A stretch of DNA of 64,000 nt from an uncultured Verrucomicrobiae bacterium (GTDB lineage Bacteria > Verrucomicrobiota > Verrucomicrobiia > Chthoniobacterales > JAATET01): the NCBI GenBank assembly GCA_963719495.1, contig CAVRCI010000013.1:96001-160000 (forward strand). Direction: 5' to 3'. The notes below the pieces were generated by a model. The model saw only the letters and a program-made list of their open reading frames with translations. It was not told the DNA's origin and searched no databases. How positions within the stretch are numbered: position 1 is the first letter of the stretch; each line of letters opens with the position of its first letter. This document shows, piece after piece, positions 42,158 to 50,169 of this stretch. The position numbers and the translations under genes were made by a program.

Positions 42158-43111
42158 TTACGCCGAGCGCCGCTTCGAGCGCGCCCGGGTCAGGCCAACA
42201 AGGATCGCTCCCGCCGCCAGAATCAGGCCGTAAGTGCTGGGCTCCGGGACTGCTGTGACCGAGATGACGCTATTCAATCCCGTGCCGTAGTTGATCGAAG
42301 CCGACTCGCCAGCGCCGAGACCGATGAAGTTGACCGTGCCAAAGGTTCCCGAGAGAGCTCCCGAATAGTCGAAGAGATTCAGAGTTGAGGAACCTGCGAT
42401 GGAATATCCCGTGAAGTCGACGTTCAGTGTCGCTTTGGCACCGCCGAGGGTGAGGGCTTGGGCCGAGAGTGTGCTAACGCCGATGGCATCCGGCGTGAAG
42501 TTGATGGTGGCGAGGCCGTTGCCGCCGCCCAGATTCATATCGGTTGTTGCACCACTCCACGTGACGCCAGAGCCGTTTACATTCAGCGTTCCGCTCACTC
42601 CGTCGTTTGTGGCCCCGCTACCGACCCAAAACCGATTAGTCGCGCTCACCGAGCCCCCGTTCAGTGTGAGGGTACCATTGCGCCCGAATGTGCCTGTCGA
42701 CCCGACATACAAGTTTTGCTGCGCATTGAGGGTTCCCCCCGATTGCACCGTCAACAAAGAGTTACTGACGCCAGTGGTTCCGTTAAGACCCGTCACACCG
42801 AGATAGAGATCACCCGCCCCGACCGTCATCGTCCCGCCGGATGCGACGATGAGAGACCCGGTGTTGCCGAGAAGTAGGCGGCTTGCTCCCGCCAACCCAC
42901 CGAGACTCACCGCGAAAGTCGAGTCGATAACCGCGTTGTCCGTGCCGACTGGAACGACGTCACCCGCCCAGTTCGCCGGGGTCAAGTAGGCCGTGCCTGT
43001 TCCGCCAGGACCGCCGTCAAATTTGATGTTAGCCGCCGCGGCGGATTGAATGGTTGCAAGGGCACCAACAGCGAGTGCAGGAAGCAAATTGAAGAGCTTT
43101 TGAGTTTTCAT
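42158..43111 (-). CDS. PEP-CTERM sorting-domain surface protein
   Basis: Signal peptide; C-terminal VPEPSTYGL + TM helix + RARSKRR. Confidence 0.93.
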   Translation of the reverse strand: MKTQKLFNLLPALAVGALATIQSAAAANIKFDGGPGGTGTAYLTPANWAGDVVPVGTDNAVIDSTFAVSLGGLAGASRLLLGNTGSLIVASGGTMTVGAGDLYLGVTGLNGTTGVSNSLLTVQSGGTLNAQQNLYVGSTGTFGRNGTLTLNGGSVSATNRFWVGSGATNDGVSGTLNVNGSGVTWSGATTDMNLGGGNGLATINFTPDAIGVSTLSAQALTLGGAKATLNVDFTGYSIAGSSTLNLFDYSGALSGTFGTVNFIGLGAGESASINYGTGLNSVISVTAVPEPSTYGLILAAGAILVGLTRARSKRRSA

Positions 43112-43184
43112 TTATTTTGGGTGGATGGGGTGTTGAGAGAGATTCTAGTTTTCTTCGTGAGGGAAGCTGACCCGCGAAATGTGA

Positions 43185-43200
43185 AACGGAACGTTATGTA
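43185..43200. promoter_or_regulatory. Putative LacI operator adjoining a minus-strand TTGACA
   Basis: Minus strand TTGACA-TACATAACGTTCCGTT. Confidence 0.65.
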
Positions 43201-43255
43201 TGTCAACCTCGATCTTGCTGGACTTGGAAAATGATCGCTTGCGCTCCGAGTCTGA

Positions 43256-44701
43256 TCACGACGGCTGAATTCCAGACGCGTGGTCCGACGCCCGCTCCTC
43301 CAGCAGGCGCTGCGTCTCCGCGGCGCGGGCGCGGCTGATGGGGTAGAGCCAAATGAGGCCGATGGAGAGCACGAGCCCGAGGGATTGGAATCCCACCAGC
43401 GCAAGTTTCATCCGCACTGCCGTCGCCTCGTCCAATCCCGCCGCGTCGACGACTGCCGGATCGTAGCCGACCGCGGTCGCCATGTAACCGCCGATGCCAA
43501 ACGTGATCGCCTGCGCCGCCTTCAGCGCGAAGCCTTTGACGGCGCTGAACATTCCCTCGCGCCTCCGGCCGGTTTCCAATTCGTCGTCGTCGCACACGTC
43601 CGCCACCATTGAATCAATCATCAACCAGCAACCCTGCAGTCCCAAAAACGTGATTCCGCCAGCGACGAACATCGCCCACGGCCAGCGGGGATCGATGGCG
43701 AAGTAATTCACCACCGTGCCGACGAGCACGATCGCAAGTCCCACGACCATCGCGATCCGCTTGCTCGTGCGCGTGGAAATCCACGTGATGAGAAACATGC
43801 TCGCATAGGAGAGCACGACGGCGAGTGTCATGAGCCAGCCTTGAAAATTCCCGATCGCCTTCGTGCTGCCTTGGTAAACGTAGTGCTGGATCAGCAGCGG
43901 CGCGATGCTCTGCGACACGAACAACGCCACGATGATCGTCGTGTAGGCGACGAAGAGGATGACGAACGGTTTGTTCGTCATCGTGTATTTGATGGCCGGG
44001 ATCAGCTTGATCGGCTCCTGCTTCTCGATCTTGAGTTCCTCGCGACAGCCGAAGACGGGAATCATCCCCGAGATCAGCACGATCACCGCGACTCCGACCG
44101 ACACCCAGAACGCCCCCGCTCCGAGGTTCGGAAACATGTCCGCCGCCGCCAAGCGAAACAACCAGCCCGCCGCGACCGACGCGATCAACCCGATATACAT
44201 CCGCCAAACGATGACCCGCGTTCGCTCGTCATAATCCGGCGAAAGTTCGAACCCCAGCGCCGTGTAAGGCACCACGAAGAGCGTGTAGGCCACCGCCAGC
44301 AGGCTGCCGATGATCACGATGTAGAAGAACGGGACGTTACTGAACCACGGATTCTGCGCCGTCTCCGGACTCAGCGGAGTCCAGAGGAGCGGTAACAGCA
44401 ACGCGCACCCGATCACTCCGAAGAACATCAACGGCCGCCGACGCCCGTAGCGGGATTTCAGATTATCGGACACGTTCCCGATCCACGGATCGGTGAACGC
44501 ATCGATGAGCCGCGGCAGCGCCAGAGCAAGCCCGGCCAATGCGGGCGTCAGGCCAAAATAGTTCACGTAAACCAACGTCCCCAGCGCCGTCAGCGTATTG
44601 AACATGAAGTTGTCCGCCATCCCGCCGAACCCCCAAATGACTTTGGTTTTGAGCGGAACCCGGCGACGACCGGGCACGGAAGGGATGGACGATTCACTCA
44701 T
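43256..44701 (-). CDS. MFS glycoside-pentoside-hexuronide (GPH) sugar:cation symporter
   Basis: DAFTDPWIG, SRYGRRRP, PYTALGFELSPDYDERT, ADVCDDDE, RREGMF, YPI. Confidence 0.9.
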   Translation of the reverse strand: MSESSIPSVPGRRRVPLKTKVIWGFGGMADNFMFNTLTALGTLVYVNYFGLTPALAGLALALPRLIDAFTDPWIGNVSDNLKSRYGRRRPLMFFGVIGCALLLPLLWTPLSPETAQNPWFSNVPFFYIVIIGSLLAVAYTLFVVPYTALGFELSPDYDERTRVIVWRMYIGLIASVAAGWLFRLAAADMFPNLGAGAFWVSVGVAVIVLISGMIPVFGCREELKIEKQEPIKLIPAIKYTMTNKPFVILFVAYTTIIVALFVSQSIAPLLIQHYVYQGSTKAIGNFQGWLMTLAVVLSYASMFLITWISTRTSKRIAMVVGLAIVLVGTVVNYFAIDPRWPWAMFVAGGITFLGLQGCWLMIDSMVADVCDDDELETGRRREGMFSAVKGFALKAAQAITFGIGGYMATAVGYDPAVVDAAGLDEATAVRMKLALVGFQSLGLVLSIGLIWLYPISRARAAETQRLLEERASDHASGIQPS

Positions 44702-44782
44702 GGCGTGGGGAACAAATTGGAAACAGATTGGGAAACTGCGCCGAAAAGATGCCGTGTCACCAGGATTCCGGCAACGAAAAGA

Positions 44783-44798
44783 TACTGAACGTTACGTT
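44783..44798. promoter_or_regulatory. Putative LacI operator upstream of the GPH transporter
   Basis: TACTGAACGTTACGTT. Confidence 0.65.
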
Positions 44799-44843
44799 GT
44801 CATTGCGGTTTTCAAATTGGCCCATTTCTCTTTGAATTCCCTC

Positions 44844-45275
44844 GTGCCGCCACCTCGTCCCACCAAAAAACTTCCGACCCCGCCCCGGACGCCCAAGCTC
44901 ACCCGCGAGATCTCCGCCATGGGCTGGATCGAAAACCTCGAAGGCGAAGTCCTCCTCGTCCGCCAGACTTCCGGCCGCAAACTCTGGGCCCTCCCCGGCG
45001 GCAAAGTCGAGTCCGGCGAAACGGTCCTCGCCGGACTCCACCGCGAGATCGCCGAAGAAGCCGGACTGACCGTCACCGCCGCCAGCCACGTCGCCGTCCT
45101 CGACCGCCCCGCGCGCCAAAGCCTCGCCTTTCTCTACCGCGTCACCACCGGCCCCGAGACACCCACCATCCCCAGACCCGAAGAAATCTCCGCCATCCAA
45201 CGAACCCGCAAACTCCCCGCAAACGCCACCCCCTCCCTCCGCCACTTCTGGCACCTCCTGCGAGGCAAGGTATGA
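44844..45275 (+). CDS. NUDIX hydrolase
   Basis: Nudix box PGGKVESGET...REIAEEAGL; GTG start inferred. Confidence 0.85.
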   Translation: MPPPRPTKKLPTPPRTPKLTREISAMGWIENLEGEVLLVRQTSGRKLWALPGGKVESGETVLAGLHREIAEEAGLTVTAASHVAVLDRPARQSLAFLYRVTTGPETPTIPRPEEISAIQRTRKLPANATPSLRHFWHLLRGKV

Positions 45276-46138
45276 ATCCCCCACCAATCACCAGTCACCA
45301 GTCACCCATCACGCGCTCCGCGCCCCCCACCCGCCTCTTCCTCATCGCCGGCAACGGCCGCTACCCCGAGCTCGCCGCCCGCGCCGCCCGCGCCGCCGGC
45401 GTCACCCACCTCACCATCGCGGCCTTCGAAGGCGAAACCGCTCCCGCCACCACGGCTCTCGCCGACGACCTCGTCTGGCTCCGCGTCGGCCAGCTCGGCA
45501 AGCTCACCGAAGCCGCCCGCAATTCCGGAGCCACCGCCGCCATCATGGCCGGCCAGATAGCGCCGAAGAACCTGTTCGACCTCCGCCCCGACGTCAAAGC
45601 CCTCCTCATCCTCGCCAAGCTCAAGGAACGCAACGCCGAGACGCTCTTCGGCGCCGTCGCCGACATTCTCGCCGAAGTCGGCGTCCCCCTCATCTCCGCC
45701 ACCACCTTCCTCGAAGACTCCCTCGCCCCCGCGGGCCACCTCGCCGGCCCGAAGCTCAAGGAACGCGAACTCACCGACGCCGCCTACGGCCTCCGCATCG
45801 CCAAGGAAACCTCCCGCCTCGACATCGGCCAGACCGTCGTCGTGAAAAACGGAACCGTCCTCGCCGTCGAAGCCTTCGAAGGCACCAACGAAGCCATCAA
45901 ACGCGGCGGAGCCCTCGGCCGAGGCGGCGGACTCGTCATCAAAGTCACCAAGCCCGAACAGGACTTCCGCTTCGACGTCCCCGTCATCGGCGAACAAACC
46001 CTCGGAGTTGCCGCCGAGGCCGGCCTCCGCGGCATCGTCGCCGAAACGGGCGGAGTCCTCTTCCTCGACCTCCCCGCCCTCCGAGAACAGGCCACCCGCC
46101 TCAAAATAACCCTCCACGGCCTCCCCTCTTTCTCCTGA
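45272..46138 (+). CDS. lpxI: UDP-2,3-diacylglucosamine diphosphatase LpxI
   Basis: IAGNGRYP, LDIGQTVVV, AVEAFEGT, KPEQDFRFDVPVIG. Confidence 0.9.
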   Translation: MNPPPITSHQSPITRSAPPTRLFLIAGNGRYPELAARAARAAGVTHLTIAAFEGETAPATTALADDLVWLRVGQLGKLTEAARNSGATAAIMAGQIAPKNLFDLRPDVKALLILAKLKERNAETLFGAVADILAEVGVPLISATTFLEDSLAPAGHLAGPKLKERELTDAAYGLRIAKETSRLDIGQTVVVKNGTVLAVEAFEGTNEAIKRGGALGRGGGLVIKVTKPEQDFRFDVPVIGEQTLGVAAEAGLRGIVAETGGVLFLDLPALREQATRLKITLHGLPSFS

Positions 46139-46170
46139 TCCTAATCTTCGACCGACTCAGTCCCCCCACC

Positions 46171-46200
46171 TGTCATGTTGAGAGAAGCGAAACATCTCTG
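46171..46200 (+). repeat. TGTC-tagged REP-like repeat
   Basis: TGTCATGTTGAGAGAAGCGAAACATCTCTG. Confidence 0.8.
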
Positions 46201-46379
46201 ACTCCTCACCTCACTCACTTCACCTCGGAGAAAGACGAAGATTATGATTGCGAGAAAGAAGAGAAATCACCCCGCCCCCCCTTTCATCCCTTTGCCGCCT
46301 TTGCGCTCTTCTGTTCAGGAGCATTGTATTGCATTCCCCTTCGTTCCCTTCGTTCCCTTCGTTACCTTCTGTTCAAATC

Positions 46380-47363
46380 ATGACTGATCGAATCCGCACC
46401 GGCGTCGTCGGCACCGGCCACATGGGCAGCCACCACGTCCGCTGCAATGCCGCGTTCCCCGACTGCGATCTCACCGCCATCTACGACGCCAACCCGAAAG
46501 CCGCCGCCGCCGCCGCGAAGAAATACCGCACCCACGCCGCCACCGACCTCGAAGACTTCGCCGCCCGCGTCGACGCCGCCACCATCTGCACGCCGACCAT
46601 CACCCACTTCGAAATCGGCAAATTCCTCCTCGAGCGCGGCAAGCACCTCCTCGTCGAGAAACCCATTGCGCCCAACAGCACCGAAGCCCGCGCCCTCGCC
46701 GACCTCGCCGCCGCCAACAACTGCGTCCTCCAAGTCGGCCACATCGAGCGCTTCAACCCCGCCCTCGCCGCCCTCGAGTCCAAGCTCAACAACCCCCGCT
46801 TCCTCGAAGTCACCCGTCTCTCCCCCTTCCCGAATCGCTCCACCGACATCGGCGTCGTCCTCGATCTCATGATCCACGACATCGAGATCATCCTCCACCT
46901 CGTCCGCTCCCCCATCGTCTCGATGGACCCCGTCGGCATCGCCGTCCTCAGCAAAAGCGAAGACATCGCCAACGTCCGTTTCCGGTTCGAGAACGGCTGC
47001 GTCGCCAACGTCACCGCCTCCCGCATCAGCGCCGACAGCCTCCGCAAGATCCGCGTCTTCCAGGAAGACGCCTACCTCAGCCTCGACTACCAGAAGCAGG
47101 ACGGCGTCACCTACACGCTCGAGGACGGCAAAATCAAACGCGCCGGAGTGAAGGTCGAAAAAGGCGACGCCCTCGAACGCCAGCTCGCCAGCTTCCTCGA
47201 AAGCGCCCGCACAGGCAACGCCCCCAAAGTCACCGGCCACCAAGCCACCGCCGCCCTCGAAATCGCCCTCGAAATCACCGCCCAAATCGAAGCCAACGAT
47301 CCAAGGAAGGGTTGTCCACAGATTAAGCAGATCGACGCAGATTTATTCAAAGGCCCCGAATAA
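46380..47363 (+). CDS. Gfo/Idh/MocA oxidoreductase, GnnA-like
   Basis: GTGHMG, LVEKP, GHIERFNPA, DLMIHD, TASRIS; lies between lpxI and lpxB. Confidence 0.85.
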   Translation: MTDRIRTGVVGTGHMGSHHVRCNAAFPDCDLTAIYDANPKAAAAAAKKYRTHAATDLEDFAARVDAATICTPTITHFEIGKFLLERGKHLLVEKPIAPNSTEARALADLAAANNCVLQVGHIERFNPALAALESKLNNPRFLEVTRLSPFPNRSTDIGVVLDLMIHDIEIILHLVRSPIVSMDPVGIAVLSKSEDIANVRFRFENGCVANVTASRISADSLRKIRVFQEDAYLSLDYQKQDGVTYTLEDGKIKRAGVKVEKGDALERQLASFLESARTGNAPKVTGHQATAALEIALEITAQIEANDPRKGCPQIKQIDADLFKGPE

Positions 47364-47380
47364 AAACCGCATCAAAATCT

Positions 47381-48532
47381 GTGAAATCTGCGCAATCTGC
47401 GGACAAAACCTCACCCCGAATCTGGGTGGTCGCCGGCGAAAACAGCGGCGACACCCGCGCCGCCGAAGTCATCCGCGCCGTCCACGCGATCGACCCCGCC
47501 ATCGAATTCATCGGAGCCGGCGGCCCGCAAACGGCCCCGCACACCGTCGCACCGTTCGACAATTGGACCGAGGAAGCCGGCGTCCTCGGCATCTGGGACG
47601 TCCTGAAAAACTACGGTTACTTCCGCAAAAAGTTCCGCTCCATGCTCCGCGCCATCGCCGAGCACCGCCCCGACGCCGTCCTCCTCGTCGACTACCCCGG
47701 CTTCAACCTCCGCCTCGCCAAAGCGCTCCGCGCCGCGCACCCCACCCTCCGCATCATCTACTACGTCAGCCCCCAAGTCTGGGCGTGGAACCGCGGCCGG
47801 ATCCCCAAGATGGCCCGCACCCTCGACCTGATGCTTTGCATCTTCCCGTTCGAGAAGACGCTTTACGAAAAATCCGGCCTCCGCACCGAATTCGTCGGCC
47901 ACCCCCTCATCGAGCGCCTCGCCACCGAGCGCACGGACGTCCCCCGCGCCCCCGACCTCGTCGGCTTCTTCCCCGGCAGCCGCGAGCGCGAAGTCCGCCG
48001 CATCTTCCCCGCCATGGCCGCCGCCGCCGTTCTCATCGTAAAGAGCCGCCCCGAACTCCGCTTCACCGCCGCCGCCGCGAACGCCACCCACGCCGCGCAA
48101 ATGACCGACCAAGCCCGCGCCGCCGGAGCCGACATCGAGATCACCATCGGCCAGGCCCACGACCTCATGCAACGCGCCACCGTCGGCCTCGTCGCCTCCG
48201 GCACCGCCACCCTCGAAGCCGCCTATTTCGGCCTGCCCTATGCGCTGGTTTACCGCATCGCCTGGCTCACCTACGAAATCGGCCGCCGCCTCGTCCGAGT
48301 CCCCCACCTCGGCATCGTCAACATCCTCGCCGGCCGCACCGTCGTTCGCGAATTGATCCAACACGCCGCCACCCCCGCCGCCCTCGCCGACGAATGCCTC
48401 CGCCTCCTCAACGATGCCGAAACCCGCAAAGCTCTCCAAACCGACCTAGCCACCACCATCGAAACCCTGGGATCCTCCGGCGCCGCCCACCGAGCCGCCA
48501 CCGCGGTTCTCAATGAGATCGGACAGGATTAA
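47381..48532 (+). CDS. lpxB: Lipid-A-disaccharide synthase
   Basis: AGENSGD, DYPGFN, YVSPQVWAW, FVGHP, PGSR, SGTATLE. Confidence 0.95.
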   Translation: MKSAQSADKTSPRIWVVAGENSGDTRAAEVIRAVHAIDPAIEFIGAGGPQTAPHTVAPFDNWTEEAGVLGIWDVLKNYGYFRKKFRSMLRAIAEHRPDAVLLVDYPGFNLRLAKALRAAHPTLRIIYYVSPQVWAWNRGRIPKMARTLDLMLCIFPFEKTLYEKSGLRTEFVGHPLIERLATERTDVPRAPDLVGFFPGSREREVRRIFPAMAAAAVLIVKSRPELRFTAAAANATHAAQMTDQARAAGADIEITIGQAHDLMQRATVGLVASGTATLEAAYFGLPYALVYRIAWLTYEIGRRLVRVPHLGIVNILAGRTVVRELIQHAATPAALADECLRLLNDAETRKALQTDLATTIETLGSSGAAHRAATAVLNEIGQD

Positions 48533-48592
48533 CAAGATTTTCAGGATTCAAATTCGTGAAATAAAAATCCTGTCCATCCGGTAAATCCTGTC
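48521..48592. repeat. Inverted 9-bp tandem trimer element overlapping the lpxB stop
   Basis: GACAGGATTAACAAGATTTTCAGGATT ... AATCCTGTCCATCCGGTAAATCCTGTC. Confidence 0.85.
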
Positions 48593-48607
48593 AAAAGACA
48601 TCGAATC

Positions 48608-49117
48608 ATGTTCCCAAAAGACCACCTCGAATCCCTTTGGTCCCCCTGGCGCGTCGAATACTTCCAGCGCAGCGAAGAAGACTCGGCGAAAGACTTTCTC
48701 CTCGAAGCCGCCAACACCACCGACGACGCCGCGCACTACATCGTCGCCCGCCGCAAGAGCTGCTTCCTCATGCTCAACCGCTACCCCTACACCGTCGGCC
48801 ACCTCATGGCCGTCCCCTACCGCAAACTCGCCGCGATGGAGGACCTCGGCGACGAAGAAGCCCTCGAGATCTGGCACCTCACCCTCCTCGGCCAACGCCT
48901 CCTCCGCCAAGTCGTCAAGGCCCAGGGCTTCAACGTCGGCATCAACCTCGGCGAAGCCGGCGGCGCGGGCTGCGCCGACCACCTCCACTGGCACATTGTC
49001 CCCCGGTGGACCGGCGATTCGAACTTCATGCCCGTCCTCGCCGGCACCCGCATCCTCCCCGACGCCCTCGAGCGAGTCTACGCCGAGCTAATCACCACCC
49101 TCACCACCTTCTCCTAA
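48608..49117 (+). CDS. HIT-family hydrolase/nucleotidyltransferase
   Basis: LNRYPYTVGHLM, GFNVGINLG, HLHWHIVPRW. Confidence 0.9.
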   Translation: MFPKDHLESLWSPWRVEYFQRSEEDSAKDFLLEAANTTDDAAHYIVARRKSCFLMLNRYPYTVGHLMAVPYRKLAAMEDLGDEEALEIWHLTLLGQRLLRQVVKAQGFNVGINLGEAGGAGCADHLHWHIVPRWTGDSNFMPVLAGTRILPDALERVYAELITTLTTFS

Positions 49118-49151
49118 TCGTAGTCCTAGTCCAACTCACCCCCCCGAACCC

Positions 49152-49181
49152 AGTCAGGTTGAGCGAAGCGAAACATCTCGG
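49152..49181 (+). repeat. Degenerate TGTC-tagged REP-like repeat
   Basis: AGTCAGGTTGAGCGAAGCGAAACATCTCGG. Confidence 0.7.
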
Positions 49182-49245
49182 GCTTCCCCCTCACTGACCT
49201 CACCCCAAGCCTGATACCAAAACCCACGATTGACCTGACCATTGC

Positions 49246-49335
49246 TGTAGCGGCGGTCTGTGACCGCCGCCGTCTTCTCGAGCAGCGTCAACTTCCGGTT
49301 CGCAAGATCTGCGGCGGTCACAGACCGCCGCTACA
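49246..49335. repeat. GTAG-type REPIN (perfect 25-bp inverted REP pair)
   Basis: TGTAGCGGCGGTCTGTGACCGCCGC at 49246-49270 and its exact reverse complement at 49311-49335. Confidence 0.9.
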
Positions 49336-49418
49336 TTTTGCGAATTGTCGGTTTATGAGGAGAAAGAGGGGTAAAAAAACCCCCTCGCCAAGCGCCGAGT
49401 CTTCCTTACCTTTCCCGG

Positions 49419-49901
49419 ATGCAAATCACCAAAGGCTCCGTCGTCAGCATCGATTACACCCTCACCAACGACGCCAAGGAAACCCTCGATACCTCCAAAG
49501 GCCGCGAACCCCTCGCCTACCTCCAGGGCACCAGCCAGCTCATTCCCGGACTCGAGCGCGCCCTCGAAGGCAAGGCCACCGGTGACGCCCTCCAAGTCAC
49601 CATCGCTCCCGAGGACGCCTACGGCCACCGCGACGATTCGAAGACCACGACCGTTCCCCGCGAACAGATCCAAGGCACCGACGAACTCGTCCCTGGCACC
49701 CAGCTCCGAGCCAGCGGCCCCGACGGCGAACAAATCCTCACCGTCACCAAGGTCGACGAGACCGAAGTGACCGTCGACGCGAATCACCCGCTCGCCGGCG
49801 AGACTCTCCACTTCGACGTCACCGTCCGCGAAGTCCGCGCCGCCACCGAGGAAGAACTCGCCCACGGCCACGCCCACGGCCCCGGCGGCCACCACCACTA
49901 G
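49419..49901 (+). CDS. slyD: FKBP-type peptidyl-prolyl isomerase SlyD
   Basis: LIPGLERAL, PEDAYG, DANHPLAG, His-rich tail. Confidence 0.93.
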   Translation: MQITKGSVVSIDYTLTNDAKETLDTSKGREPLAYLQGTSQLIPGLERALEGKATGDALQVTIAPEDAYGHRDDSKTTTVPREQIQGTDELVPGTQLRASGPDGEQILTVTKVDETEVTVDANHPLAGETLHFDVTVREVRAATEEELAHGHAHGPGGHHH

Positions 49902-49925
49902 AACGGCGCGAACCACCGGCGTGTC

Positions 49926-49973
49926 GGGGAGCGCACGCGTCCCCGCGTGCGAGCCGCGGCGTCCCGCCGCGGC
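49926..49973 (+). repeat. Double-hairpin GGAG-tagged repeat, copy 1
   Basis: GGGGAGCGCACGCGTCCCCGCGTGCGAGCCGCGGCGTCCCGCCGCGGC; second copy at 54143. Confidence 0.75.
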
Positions 49974-50169
49974 ACCTTGGCAAGTCGAGCGAAGCGAGAG
50001 AGCCGAACGCTCGAGGTGCGGCGGCTTCCAGCCGCCCATCCAACCCCATCCAACCCCATCCGGCACCAGCCGGACACCTTAGACGTTCCGACCTTCCGAC
50101 CTTCCGACCTTCCGACCCCAAAACACCCGCATCGACACAAATCGCCCCGAAACCTAAGTTCAGGCCAGC

